A stretch of DNA of 64,000 nt from an uncultured delta proteobacterium (lineage in GTDB: Bacteria > Myxococcota_A > Polyangia > Polyangiales > Polyangiaceae), in assembly GCA_963850305.1 (NCBI GenBank), contig CAWKKR010000002.1:64001-128000 (forward strand), read 5' to 3'. The first letter of the stretch is position 1, and each line of letters begins with the position of its first letter. The notes beneath the pieces are model-generated. The model had not been told where the DNA came from, searched no databases, and worked only from the letters and a program-made list of their open reading frames with translations. Position numbers and translations under genes: made by a program. Of this stretch, positions 19,949 through 30,499 are shown piece by piece.

Positions 19949-21316
19949 TCAGCTCACGGCGTCGAGGTCGCGCCGTGCGGCGCCGATGAGATCTCTCGCG
20001 AGTTCCTCGAGGATGCTCACGTCCGGACCCTCCAGCATGACGCGCAGCTTTGCCTCGGTGCCGCTCCAGCGCACGAGGAGGCGGCCTTCCTGCCCCAGCT
20101 TTCGTTCGGCGAGACCCATCAGCTTTGCGAGTTCGGCCATCTCTTCGATCGGGCGCCGGGTCGGGAAGGTGGCGCTCTCCAGGACCTGCGGTACGCGCTC
20201 CATCACTCGCGCGAGCTCCGAAAGAGGCTTCTGTTCGCGCACCATGATCGCGAGCACCTGGAGTGCCGCGACCACGCCGTCTCCCGTCGTCGCATGATCG
20301 AAGAACACGAGGTGGCCGGATTGCTCGCCGCCCAGCGAATAACCCCCCGAGCGCATTTCTTCGACCACGTAGCGGTCTCCGACCGCCGTGCGTACCAGGG
20401 AGCCACCCGCGCGATGCAGCGCCTGTTCCAGACCCATGTTGCTCATGACCGTCGCCACCAGGGTATTTTTCGAGAGACGACCTTCGCGAAGCGAGCGGGT
20501 CGCGCAGAGTGCCATTACGGCGTCGCCGTCGACGATATCGCCCCGTTCATCCACGATGATGACGCGATCGGCGTCACCGTCGAGGGCGATCCCGATGCAT
20601 GCCCCCTGGCGCTTCACGTCGCGGACGACGTGCTCCGGATGCAGGGCACCGCAGTCTCGATTGATGTTACGTCCATTCGGTCGGCACCCGAGGGCCGTGA
20701 CCTGCGCGCCCAGCTCCGAGAAGATGCTCGGCGCAACGCGATAGGCCGCGCCGTGAGCCGCATCCACGACGACCCGCAGGCCGTCGAGCGTGAGTTCCTT
20801 CGGAAAGGTGCTCTTGGCGTAGACGATGTAACGGCCGATCGCGTAGTCGACTCGTTGTGCCCTGCCGACCCGAGCGCCAGTGTAGCTTGCCGTGGTGAGC
20901 TTGGGATCGTCGAGAAGCCGTTCGATGGCCGCTTCCTCGGCGTCGGGTAATTTGAAGCCGTCCGGACCGAAGATCTTGATGCCATTGTCCGCGAACGGGT
21001 TGTGGCTGGCGCTGATCACCACGCCCGCGTCCGCCCGCATGCTTTGCGTCAGATTCGCTACCGCCGGCGTGGGGATGGGCCCCGAGATCATCACGTGCCC
21101 GCCCATCGCGCAGATGCCGGAAGCGAGCGCTGTTTCGAGCATGTACCCGCTCAATCGGGTGTCCTTCCCGATGACGATGCGCGGCGGACGGGCTCTGGCC
21201 CGGCGTGCGACCACGGCGATCGCTCGCCCGAGGCGCAGCGCCAGCTCGGGCGTCATGGGGGCGACGTTGGCGCGCCCGCGTATTCCGTCCGTGCCGAAGA
21301 GCTTGCGCGACGTCAT
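19949..21316 (-). CDS. glmM: Phosphoglucosamine mutase
   Basis: [29 protein letters not shown] motifs. Confidence 0.95.
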   Translation of the reverse strand: MTSRKLFGTDGIRGRANVAPMTPELALRLGRAIAVVARRARARPPRIVIGKDTRLSGYMLETALASGICAMGGHVMISGPIPTPAVANLTQSMRADAGVVISASHNPFADNGIKIFGPDGFKLPDAEEAAIERLLDDPKLTTASYTGARVGRAQRVDYAIGRYIVYAKSTFPKELTLDGLRVVVDAAHGAAYRVAPSIFSELGAQVTALGCRPNGRNINRDCGALHPEHVVRDVKRQGACIGIALDGDADRVIIVDERGDIVDGDAVMALCATRSLREGRLSKNTLVATVMSNMGLEQALHRAGGSLVRTAVGDRYVVEEMRSGGYSLGGEQSGHLVFFDHATTGDGVVAALQVLAIMVREQKPLSELARVMERVPQVLESATFPTRRPIEEMAELAKLMGLAERKLGQEGRLLVRWSGTEAKLRVMLEGPDVSILEELARDLIGAARRDLDAVS

Positions 21317-21323
21317 TCGGTAT

Positions 21324-22553
21324 TCAGAGATCGATGGCCGGATCGCTCTCGAGGCCGAGGAGGATGGCTCGCGCAGGACCGACGAGCAAGGTCGACCCTG
21401 CGACGAGCACGAGCCCCCTGCTTCCCACGAGCGCGCGGGCGCGCGCGAGGGCGTCGCGAATGTCGGGGATACACTCTCCACCGAAGGCTTCGGCCATTTC
21501 CCGCGGATCCGCGGCGCCCGCCACGGGCGGCGACGTGAAAACGTGATGCGACGCCGTGTGCTCCAATCGCGCCAGCATCGCGCGCCAGTTCTTCTTTTTC
21601 AGCGCACCGAAGACCAGCGCCACGTCCCGACGAGAGCCGACGGCGCCCATGAGGCTCGAATCGATCACGTGTGAGAGCGTGACGGCGCCGTCCGGGTTAT
21701 GGGCGCAATCGAGCAGGGTGAGTTCCTGCCCGTTTCGGTGCAGTAGCTCATTTCGCCCCGGCCACGTCGTTGCTTCGATGCCCTTCGCGATGTCTTCGGT
21801 ATCGAGGCCGATCTCGCGAGCGATGGTCGTGGCCACGGCCAGGTTCGTCCCGAACATCGCCATTCGCGGGTACGCGAGCTGCGCGCCAGCGAACGGTTCC
21901 GGGCTTCCGAGTTCGACGGGCGTCGCGCCCACTGCGGCGATCCGCTCACGTATGACGGCGAGCGCTTCGGGGTGGATTTTCCCGAGCACGACCTTCGAAC
22001 CGGCCTTGATGATCCCGGCCTTTTCGCCCCCAATCTTTGCGAGGGTGTCGCCGAGTTCCGCCATGTGGTCGAAAGCGACGCGGGTGATGGCCACGACCAG
22101 GGGCGGCGGGACGACATTGGTGGCGTCGAGCCGCCCGCCGAGCCCCACCTCGAGCACGGCGAAACCCACTTTCGCTTCGCGGAAGGCGAGAAATGCAGCA
22201 ACCGTCGCGACCTCGAAGAACGTGAGCTCGGGTGCCCGATCCATGACCTGGTTCAGCAAAGTCACGAGCCGGTCGTCATCGATGGGCACGCCGTCGATCT
22301 GGATTCGCTCCGCGAATCGATTCAGGTGAGGAGACGTGTAGAGGCCGACGTGTTTCCCGCTGGCACCGAGCATCGACGCCACGAAGGCACACACGCTCCC
22401 CTTGCCGTTGGTTCCCGCGACGTGGATCGTCTGAAATGCGCGCTCCGGATGATCAAAGGCCGCGCAGGCCGCTTCCACTCGATCGAGCCCGAGGCGGGCG
22501 CCCCGCGGCGCGAGAGCATAGAGGCGGACGAGCGTGTCCTTGAGCGTGCTCAC
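21324..22553 (-). CDS. folC: Folylpolyglutamate/dihydrofolate synthase
   Basis: [36 protein letters not shown] motifs. Confidence 0.92.
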   Translation of the reverse strand: MSTLKDTLVRLYALAPRGARLGLDRVEAACAAFDHPERAFQTIHVAGTNGKGSVCAFVASMLGASGKHVGLYTSPHLNRFAERIQIDGVPIDDDRLVTLLNQVMDRAPELTFFEVATVAAFLAFREAKVGFAVLEVGLGGRLDATNVVPPPLVVAITRVAFDHMAELGDTLAKIGGEKAGIIKAGSKVVLGKIHPEALAVIRERIAAVGATPVELGSPEPFAGAQLAYPRMAMFGTNLAVATTIAREIGLDTEDIAKGIEATTWPGRNELLHRNGQELTLLDCAHNPDGAVTLSHVIDSSLMGAVGSRRDVALVFGALKKKNWRAMLARLEHTASHHVFTSPPVAGAADPREMAEAFGGECIPDIRDALARARALVGSRGLVLVAGSTLLVGPARAILLGLESDPAIDL

Positions 22554-23085
22554 ATTGCCTCTGACGCAGCAGTGCTCGGGCACTCTATGTTCATGAAACG
22601 CATCTTAAACCGACTTGGACCCGTGACCGAGCGTTCCCGGTTCTCGACATGGTTCAAGGCGCCACCGGGCTCACAGCTCGGCAGGTCGTGAACTGGTTGG
22701 GGTTTCGGGCATATACCGCATTTCCGTCCCGACTACCCGGGCTTGGTCCCTCGTCGCGACATCCGACGCGCGGATTCTCCATTCAACCATCTTCGTGGTG
22801 GACACGCTGAAGCGACGCTGTCGACTACGCGCACCGACATGGGGTAGCGGGGAACCTCGCGGGCTGCGCTGATGTCGCCCTGCGGCAGCCGGGCAGCGGA
22901 AGCCTCACGACAACCACTTTGACCTGCGTTTTGCCTGCTGCACGGCCAGCGCGACCAAACAAGAAGGTGTTTGCGTTCCGGACCCCGAGCCGAGGAGCAT
23001 GCGCAGGCGATCCGCCTCATTGGAGGCGGCTCGTTGAAAGAGCGCGCCGCGTCGTGCCGTCGAGGAGGTAGAGTCGTGCTAAGCG

Positions 23086-25725
23086 GTGCACACGTTGGCG
23101 GGCGCGGAAAGTCTCACGGAGGTCGTTCTCCTCGGTCGCGAAGAAGAAGCGAGGGCGGTCACTCGGGTCGCCCAGGCCGTGCGCGATGACGGAGCGGCGC
23201 GGGTCGTCGCACTCATCGGGCCGAATGGAGTCGGCAAGACCAGTGTCATCAACCGAGCCCTCGATGACCTGCGCGCCGATGGAGGTCGGCCCTTTCGAAT
23301 CTATCGCGGCACGGCCCGCGAATCCTCTCTGGGGCAAGGGGCGTTCGCGAGCCTGCTGAGAAGTCGATTCGGTTTGGTCGAGGGTGTTACCCTCGATGAG
23401 GCGCACACGCAGATCCGCACCCAGGCAGCGAAAGTGCTGGAGGACCGCAAGGTCGGGGACGTGTGTTTTTTTCTGGGGCAGATCCTGGATATCCCGTTCC
23501 CCGACAGCCCGCTGACCAAGGCGCTCCGCGACGATCCCGCTCAGGGACGCCTCCTGCGCTGCGCGATCATAAAGAATTTCTTCGACAGTGATGCAGCACG
23601 AGGCCCGATATGCCTCGTCTTCGACGACCTCGACGATGCGGACGAGGGCTCCGTTGCCCTGGTCTCGTATCTCGTCGAGCATTTGACGGGGCCCGTCTTG
23701 ATCGTGTGTTCGATGCGTCCCGGGGTTCGAGGTGTCTCCTGGCCATCGCCGGACAACCCGCGTCACGTGCGCGTGGATATGGGTCCCGTCACCCCGGACA
23801 TTGCGGCGCGGGTGATTCGCCTCCTGCTTGCCCCGTGCGAGGGCGGTCCGCCCGAGCCACTCGTCGAAGCCGGTCTGCGGCTAGCCGGTGGGAACTTGAG
23901 CCTGCTCCAAGCGATGGTCCGATTATTCCACGATTCGGGCGTGCTCGAGGAGGTCGACGCGCTCGCCAAGGAACCGTTGTGGCGCGTTCACCTCGAGAAA
24001 CTGGAGAGCGTACGGCTCCCGATGACGCTCGAGGACACCGTCTCGATGCGCGTCGCGGCACTGGCCCCGCCGGAGCAGATCCTGCTCGGACGCGCCGCCG
24101 CGATGGGGAGCGTGTTCTGGGTTGGTGCCCTGATCGCAATGGAGCGAGCCGGCCGCAAAGTCCCCACCCACTGGGAGCTCGATCGTGAGAGCGAAGTAGA
24201 CTCGATCGAGTCGATGCTCCAGTCGCTCGAAGAGCGCGACTACGTCGAACATGTTTCGAACTCGAGTTTCGCGGGAGAGGCTCAGTACCTCTTCAAGCAC
24301 AAGCTGGAACGACAGAAGCTCTACGCGCTCATGGCTCCGGCCTCACGGCTTGCGTATCACCAGGCCATAGCGGACTGGCTGGAGCACAAGCAGCCCGAAC
24401 ACCCGAGCCGCGAGCACCTGGCGCTGCTGGCGTACCACTTCGATTGCGCGGGGGCTGCGGTGCGCGGCGGGCTCTTGTATCTGGATGCGGCGGACGCGGC
24501 CCGAGAAAACTACGTCGCGAGCGATGCGGCGCAGTACTACGAGCGAGGCCTATCACTCATTCAGGGGTTCGACGCGCAGCGGCGCATAGATGCGCTTCAT
24601 AACTACGGCGACGTGCTCGCCACCCTGGGGCGGACGGACGATGCCCTGTCGGCCTTTCGGGAAATGTTGTCGATCGCGTATCGGCTCGACCTCCACGCAA
24701 AGGGAGGCGCGGCACATAATCGGATCGGTCGTCTCTACAGGGCTACGGGTGCACTCGCGGAAGCGGCGAAGAATCTCGAAACGGCGCTGGCCTTGTTCGA
24801 CTCGGCGCATGACGCCCGCGGAGTGGCCGCGTGCCACGACGACGTCGGTGTTCTCCTTTGGACCCGCGGTGAGCACGAGGGTGCGCTCGAGAGGATGCGT
24901 ATCGCGCTCGAGATGCGAAAGAACATCGGAGACCGGCGGTCGATCGCGCTCAGCTTGCACAACATCGGGGTCGTGTTCCGCGATCACGGCAGTCCCAAGC
25001 AAGCCGAGGAAGCGCTCGAAGCGTCGCTCCAGATCCGCCGGGAACTGGGGGATCGGATGGGACTCGCGCAGACACTCGATAGCCTCGGCCGGCTCGCGCA
25101 GGACCAGCGCGAACTCGAGAGGGCGCGCGATCTGTTCGCTCAGGCGTACGACGTGGCCCGTGAAGTCGGCGAGCGGAACTGGATCGCCGTGGTCCTCACG
25201 AACCTCGGGGAAGTCCATTACCGCCTCGATGATTCCGAGGCAGCGATTCGCCTTCTTACCGACGCCGAAGAGCTGTGCGACGAACTGGGCGACAAGCTCC
25301 ATCTCGGCGAGGCGAAGCGCGGTCTCGCGAAGGCTTATTTGCTTCAGGGAGATCTCAAGAGAGCTCGCGCGAACATCAAACACGCGGTCGATCTCTTCGG
25401 GCAAATCAGAAGCAAGTCGCATCTGGCGAAGGCGCTCCGGACGCTCGGAGAAGTCACCGCTGCCGGCGCGTGGGGCGCGGCGCACGAAGGCAAGGCGGTC
25501 GACTATTTCATGCGGTCGATCGTCCTCTGCAAGGAGATCGGTAACGAAATCGAGATCGCGAAGAGCTACCGGAGCTTCTCCGACTATGTCGCTCGATCGA
25601 CGCACTACAAGAAGAATGAGAACATCCAAAAAGAGGCCAAGAAGCTCCGCGCGATGTCCGACGAGATCTTCGCGCGACAGAGAATGTCCGAGGAGAACGG
25701 CGCGGCGCGTCCGGCCGCGCGCTGA
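23086..25725 (+). CDS. P-loop NTPase fused to C-terminal TPR repeats (STAND-like)
   Basis: Walker A GPNGVGKT, Walker B CLVFDD, GGN motif, many TPR-like repeats. Confidence 0.82.
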   Translation: MHTLAGAESLTEVVLLGREEEARAVTRVAQAVRDDGAARVVALIGPNGVGKTSVINRALDDLRADGGRPFRIYRGTARESSLGQGAFASLLRSRFGLVEGVTLDEAHTQIRTQAAKVLEDRKVGDVCFFLGQILDIPFPDSPLTKALRDDPAQGRLLRCAIIKNFFDSDAARGPICLVFDDLDDADEGSVALVSYLVEHLTGPVLIVCSMRPGVRGVSWPSPDNPRHVRVDMGPVTPDIAARVIRLLLAPCEGGPPEPLVEAGLRLAGGNLSLLQAMVRLFHDSGVLEEVDALAKEPLWRVHLEKLESVRLPMTLEDTVSMRVAALAPPEQILLGRAAAMGSVFWVGALIAMERAGRKVPTHWELDRESEVDSIESMLQSLEERDYVEHVSNSSFAGEAQYLFKHKLERQKLYALMAPASRLAYHQAIADWLEHKQPEHPSREHLALLAYHFDCAGAAVRGGLLYLDAADAARENYVASDAAQYYERGLSLIQGFDAQRRIDALHNYGDVLATLGRTDDALSAFREMLSIAYRLDLHAKGGAAHNRIGRLYRATGALAEAAKNLETALALFDSAHDARGVAACHDDVGVLLWTRGEHEGALERMRIALEMRKNIGDRRSIALSLHNIGVVFRDHGSPKQAEEALEASLQIRRELGDRMGLAQTLDSLGRLAQDQRELERARDLFAQAYDVAREVGERNWIAVVLTNLGEVHYRLDDSEAAIRLLTDAEELCDELGDKLHLGEAKRGLAKAYLLQGDLKRARANIKHAVDLFGQIRSKSHLAKALRTLGEVTAAGAWGAAHEGKAVDYFMRSIVLCKEIGNEIEIAKSYRSFSDYVARSTHYKKNENIQKEAKKLRAMSDEIFARQRMSEENGAARPAAR

Positions 25726-25746
25726 AGTCTGGAGCGCTCGAGCCCA

Positions 25747-26190
25747 ATGACGCCGCGACTGGAGATCCGGAGAGTCGGGCCGGTTCGTGTGCCGATCCCG
25801 GCGTACCAGACGTCAGGGGCTGCGGGCATGGACCTCTCTGCTGCGATCGAGGCGGCTGTGTCCATTGCACCGGGCGAGCGCCGGTACATCGCGACGGGCC
25901 TGGCGTTCGCGATCCCGCCGGGCTTCGAGGGTCAGGTCAGACCGCGCTCGGGTCTCGCTCTCAAGTTCGGCGTCGGGATCGTGAACGCGCCCGGCACGAT
26001 CGACTCGGACTACCGCGGAGAGGTCGGTATCGTCCTCGTGAACCACGGCTCCGAGCCCTTCACGGTGGAACCGCTGGCCCGAATCGCGCAACTCATCGTT
26101 GCGCCGGTTGCTCGCGTCGACATCGTACTAGTTGAAATCTTGGGCGAAACCGAGCGCGGCGGCGGCGGCTACGGTTCGACGGGGGTGTAA
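25747..26190 (+). CDS. dut: dUTP diphosphatase
   Basis: AGMDL, RPRSGLA, GTIDSDYRGE, RGGGGYGSTG motifs. Confidence 0.96.
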   Translation: MTPRLEIRRVGPVRVPIPAYQTSGAAGMDLSAAIEAAVSIAPGERRYIATGLAFAIPPGFEGQVRPRSGLALKFGVGIVNAPGTIDSDYRGEVGIVLVNHGSEPFTVEPLARIAQLIVAPVARVDIVLVEILGETERGGGGYGSTGV

Positions 26191-26245
26191 CCATTCGTCG
26201 CGCCGCCGAGTACCTCCTGCGAACCCGTACAAGCAGGAGATCGGC

Positions 26246-26779
26246 ATGAGCAGCACAAAGTGGAGCATCGATCGGAGTCACTCGGTCGTGACGTTTACGG
26301 CTCGGCATATGGTCGTCGCCAAGGTGAGGGGACACTTCGCCAGTTGGACCGCCACGGTGGCCATCGACGAAGCCGATCTCACGAAATCCTCGGTGGAGGC
26401 GCATATCGACGCGGCGAGCATCGACACCCGCGAGCCGAAGCGCGACGAGCACCTGCGCTCCGCTGATTTTCTCGACGTCGCCAGGTTTCCCGAGCTCATC
26501 TTCAATAGCAAGACGATCCAAAGGACATCGGGCGACCACTACGAGATGAAGGGCGAGCTGACGATTCGCGACGTTTCGCGAGAAGTCGCGCTCAGCGTTC
26601 GTTACGGCGGCCTAATGAAGGATCCGTGGGGGCAACAGCGCGCCGTGTTCACCGCGGAGGCGAGCATCGATCGCAAGGACTTCGGGCTCGTCTGGAACGT
26701 CGCGCTCGAGGCCGGGGGCGTTCTGGTCGGCGACAAGATTTCGATCGAAATAGAGCTCGAAGCCGTGAAGTCTGCCTGA
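26246..26779 (+). CDS. YceI family protein
   Basis: WSIDRSHS, RDEHLRSADF, IDRKDFG motifs; RBS AGGAG upstream. Confidence 0.9.
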   Translation: MSSTKWSIDRSHSVVTFTARHMVVAKVRGHFASWTATVAIDEADLTKSSVEAHIDAASIDTREPKRDEHLRSADFLDVARFPELIFNSKTIQRTSGDHYEMKGELTIRDVSREVALSVRYGGLMKDPWGQQRAVFTAEASIDRKDFGLVWNVALEAGGVLVGDKISIEIELEAVKSA

Positions 26780-26785
26780 GCCCGA

Positions 26786-27568
26786 TCAGAGAAGCCGCTC
26801 GATGAAGCGGCTCAGCTCCGATCTCAGGGTCCCCCGGTCGTAGTCACGGGTCACGATGTGATGCGACCGGGGAAGGATCACGACGGTCTTCTCCGTGCTC
26901 CCGAGTCTCTCTTCGATCCTTCGTGCGTTCGATACCGGGCAAACCCGATCGTGTTTCCCGTGCGCAACGAAGGCTGGCAGCCGGATCTGGCCGAGCAGGC
27001 GCTCGACGCGCTCACCCGCACGCAACACTTCGATCGCGGCGTGCACCGGCTGGCGGCTGCTGGTGAGATGATTGGCGCGCGCGTTCGGGTCCGCAATGTC
27101 GGCGCCTGCCTTCGGAATACTGAAGTCAGGCAGCCGAAAACGATCGATGAGCTCGAGCGGCCAGGCAGGAAAAGGGGCCCGGAGGCGCGTGGCACTAGCG
27201 AGCATGCCGAGCCCGCGCACGCGCTCCGGATAGGTCAGCGCCAGATGGGCCGCGAGCAACGCGCCGAGAGACAGGCCCACGACGATGGCCTTCTTCGCGT
27301 CGGGTCGGAGCACGGTCGTGAGAGCCTCATCGGCGCCCCGCAACCAGTCGGCCCATCCGGATTGCGCGAGGTCGTGCGTGCTGCTCCCGTGACCCGGCAA
27401 GAGCGGGGCGTGCGCCCGCAGCCCGAAGTCGCGGGCCACGTCGACGACGAGCTCGACTTCGAGCGGAGTGCCTCCAAAACCGTGGATCGCGAGCACGGGT
27501 GGTTCGCCGCCGGGGACGTTAATCGGACTCGGATCGCCGGGGCCGCTCAAGCCGCTACCGCGCGTCAT
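26786..27568 (-). CDS. Alpha/beta hydrolase (carboxylesterase-like)
   Basis: HGFGG, GLSLG nucleophile elbow, HGKHD, SHH. Confidence 0.88.
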   Translation of the reverse strand: MTRGSGLSGPGDPSPINVPGGEPPVLAIHGFGGTPLEVELVVDVARDFGLRAHAPLLPGHGSSTHDLAQSGWADWLRGADEALTTVLRPDAKKAIVVGLSLGALLAAHLALTYPERVRGLGMLASATRLRAPFPAWPLELIDRFRLPDFSIPKAGADIADPNARANHLTSSRQPVHAAIEVLRAGERVERLLGQIRLPAFVAHGKHDRVCPVSNARRIEERLGSTEKTVVILPRSHHIVTRDYDRGTLRSELSRFIERLL

Positions 27569-27578
27569 GGCCGTGTCG

Positions 27579-29007
27579 TCATGCGCTGCCGCGCTTGATG
27601 CCGTACGTGCGGATCTTCTTGTGGAGGTGGGTGCGCTCGATCCCGAGAGTGTCGGCTGCTCGCGGAAATGTTCCAGTCGAGTTCCTTCAGCACTCCGATG
27701 ATGTAGTGGCGCTCGGCGGCATGGCGATATTGCCGGAGCGTCGCGCCGACACCTATGGGCGGAAGGCTGACCGGAATCTGCGACGACGATATGGCGTCTT
27801 CGTCACCATCCACATCCTCGTCGAACGGACTCTCGTGAGGGTCTTCCGGAAGATCCGCCACCGTGATGATGGTCTCGGTCGACAAGATTGCCGCCCGTTC
27901 GACGACGTTCTTGAGCTCGCGCACATTGCCCGGCCAAGTCCGGCCCGTGAGGACCTCGTACACGGCAGGATCGATATGTTTGGCTCGCAGGCCGTTCTCG
28001 CGGCAGAAGGCGCCCGACGAACGCTTCGGCGAGGAGGCGGATGTCGGAGCGACGGTCGCGGAGCGCCGGCACTCGGATCGGAAACACGTCGAGCCGGAAA
28101 AACAGATCCTCGCGGAATGTGCCTCCTGCAACCGCTCTTGCGAGGTCCTTGTTGGTTGCTGCGAGCAGACGCACGTCCACGTTGAACACGTGCTCCGATC
28201 CGACCCTGACGATTTCACCATTTTGCAGTGCGCGAAGCACCTTGGCCTGCGCGGCGAGATCCATGTCGCCAATCTCGTCCAGAAACAGCGTGCCGCCGTG
28301 GGCTTGCTCGAAGATAACCCCGCTTCCGCGCTTGCGCGCCCGTGAAGGAGCCACGTTCGTGGCCGAAGAGCTCGCTTTCGATGAGCTCTCTCGGGATCGC
28401 GGCGCAGTTCACCTTCACGAACGGCGCGTCCTTGCGCGGGCTGAGCTGATGGATCGCGCGGCTGACGAGCTCTTTGCCGGTGCCGCTCTCTCCGGTGATG
28501 AGACAGCTCGCTTTCGTCGGGGCGACCTTGTCGATGCCCTGGAAGAGCGCCTGCATCGGCGGGCTCGTTCCGATCATCTCGTACCGCTGTTCGAGCTCGG
28601 CGCGCATCCGCTCGACGGTTCGGCTCAGGCGCGCCGTTCGGATGCAGTTGTCGACACTGACGAGCACGCGATCGCGGTTCAGTGGCTTCTCGAAGAAGTC
28701 CGTCGCGCCGAGCTTGATGGCCGCGACGGCGTCGTGGACCGTCGCGTGTCCGCTGATCACGATCACCGGCAAATCCCGGGTGACGTCGTCCGCACCGGAT
28801 GTGCTTGAGCGCTTCGAGGCCGTTCATGCCGGGGAGCTTCAGGTCGAGGATGACCAGGTCGACCGGGCGTTTCGGGTTCTTGAGGATCTCGAGCGCGTGT
28901 TCAGCGCTCGGTGCCTGAAGTACACCGTATCCGGCGCCCGAGAGCACCATCTCCAGCGTGACGCGGATGTTTTTCTCGTCGTCGGCGACGAGCACCGTCG
29001 GCGTGAC
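27579..29007 (-). CDS. NtrC-family sigma-54 response regulator, with four apparent +1 frameshifts
   Basis: REC (VADDE, LDLKLP), [28 protein letters not shown] and Fis HTH spread over frames; extra bases near 28794, 28313, 28014 and 27664. Start approximate. Confidence 0.8.
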
Positions 29008-29044
29008 CGTGTAACAGAGAGTCCGCGTGCAGTCACGGGCCCGT

Positions 29045-29854
29045 TCAGCCGCCCGACCGTGCGGCGGCCGGTTGCGCCAGGTCGAGCGAGGAATCGTCTC
29101 GCCGGCTCCGTGAACGGACTCGTCGGGGTGCTGAGTGAGCACTCGCTCGAACGCCGCCTTCGCTGCCTCCACGTTCTTCATCTTCAAATACGTTTCACCC
29201 ATCAGTACGAGCCCCTCCGGCTCCAGCCCGGAGTCCGCGTAGTTGGTCAGCGCGTACTGACAGCGCGCGATCGCCGCTTCGAAGTCGTCGCGCTCAAATA
29301 GAAGCGCGCGACGTAGAGCTCATGCCGGGCCAGAAGTCCGGTCACGACCTCGAGCATGTAAGCGAGCTCGGCGGCGTGCTTCGAGTTCGGATAATCCCCG
29401 ATGAGCGCGCGGAGCGCGACGTTGGCGTCCCGGACGTTCGAGAGGTCGCGCTCCTCGAGGGGCGGTGAGAGCACGCTCGCTCCCGATTGGACGAACTCGG
29501 ACTTGGCTATCCGGTACCGCGCGTAGCCTACCTCGGGATCGTTCGGGTAATCCTGCACGAAGCCCTTGTATTCACCCACGGCCTCCGCGAACTTTTCTTG
29601 GTGGAAGTCGATGTCTGCGAGGCGAAGCTCCGACAACCGTCCGTAGCGGCTGTAACCGTACTTGCGCTTGACGGCCTGGAACAACTGGGTCGCGTACTCC
29701 CAGTCGTGGTCGAAGAATGCTTGGAGGGCCTGGTCGTACGCCTTCTTCGCATCCTCGGTGTAATGAAGGGGGCTAGCGGGGCCTTGGGCGCCACCGCGCA
29801 GCTCGTGAGCACGAGCGCGGCCGTGGCGAGAACCATCGCGACCTTCCGGACCAT
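29045..29854 (-). CDS. bamD: Outer-membrane protein assembly factor BamD, frameshifted in this sequence
   Basis: Lipobox [25 protein letters not shown]; frame breaks near 29770, 29294 and 29117. End approximate. Confidence 0.75.
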
Positions 29855-30006
29855 TTCGGCCCCAGTGCTACCGGCCCGACCGAGAATCCGCAAGGCGGAA
29901 GGGCGCGCCGCGTCGGAAGAAGTCTGCATGCCAAGGCTCCGGGCTCGCCCGTGCAGGAAAAAGTCCGGCCCGCGCGCGGGAGGGTTTGCTAAGACATGCG
30001 GGGCCG

Positions 30007-30480
30007 ATGCCGGAACGAGTCCCGATGACGCCGCAAGGGGCGCAGAAGCTCAAGGACGAGCTGGCGCGTCTCAAGGAGGAGCGGCCGAAGATCTCCAGGG
30101 AAATCGGCGTCGCGCGGGAGCACGGCGATCTGAGCGAAAACGCCGAATATCATGCCGCGAAAGAGCGGCAGGGGATGGTGGAGGCGCGCATCAAGGATCT
30201 CGAAGACAAGCTGTCGCGCGCCGAGGTCATCGACCCGAGCAGGCTGAGCGGTAGTCGCGTCAGCTTCGGAGCCACCGTGGAGCTGTCCAACTTGGACACG
30301 GACGAGTCGGTGACTTACCAGATCGTCGGCACCGAGGAAGCGAACGTCGCCGCTGGTCTCATCTCGATTTCGGCGCCGCTCGCGCGCGCCCTCATCGGCA
30401 AGCAGGTGGGGGATGAAGTGCGGCTGAAGCTGCCGGCGGGCGATCGGTGCTACGAAATCGTCGGCATTCGCTTCCAGTAG
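30007..30480 (+). CDS. greA: Transcription elongation factor GreA
   Basis: [15 protein letters not shown] and [14 protein letters not shown] motifs. Confidence 0.96.
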   Translation: MPERVPMTPQGAQKLKDELARLKEERPKISREIGVAREHGDLSENAEYHAAKERQGMVEARIKDLEDKLSRAEVIDPSRLSGSRVSFGATVELSNLDTDESVTYQIVGTEEANVAAGLISISAPLARALIGKQVGDEVRLKLPAGDRCYEIVGIRFQ

Positions 30481-30499
30481 TGCCCGCCGGGTTTCCGCC

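Noticed and set aside
22645..22670. CCTTGAACC motif reminiscent of 6S RNA
   Set aside because: Short match only; the usual zapA context is absent and no rod structure could be supported by eye.
27565..29202. 545-aa apparent BamD-receiver fusion
   Set aside because: Artefact of frameshifts joining the bamD tail and parts of the NtrC-like gene.
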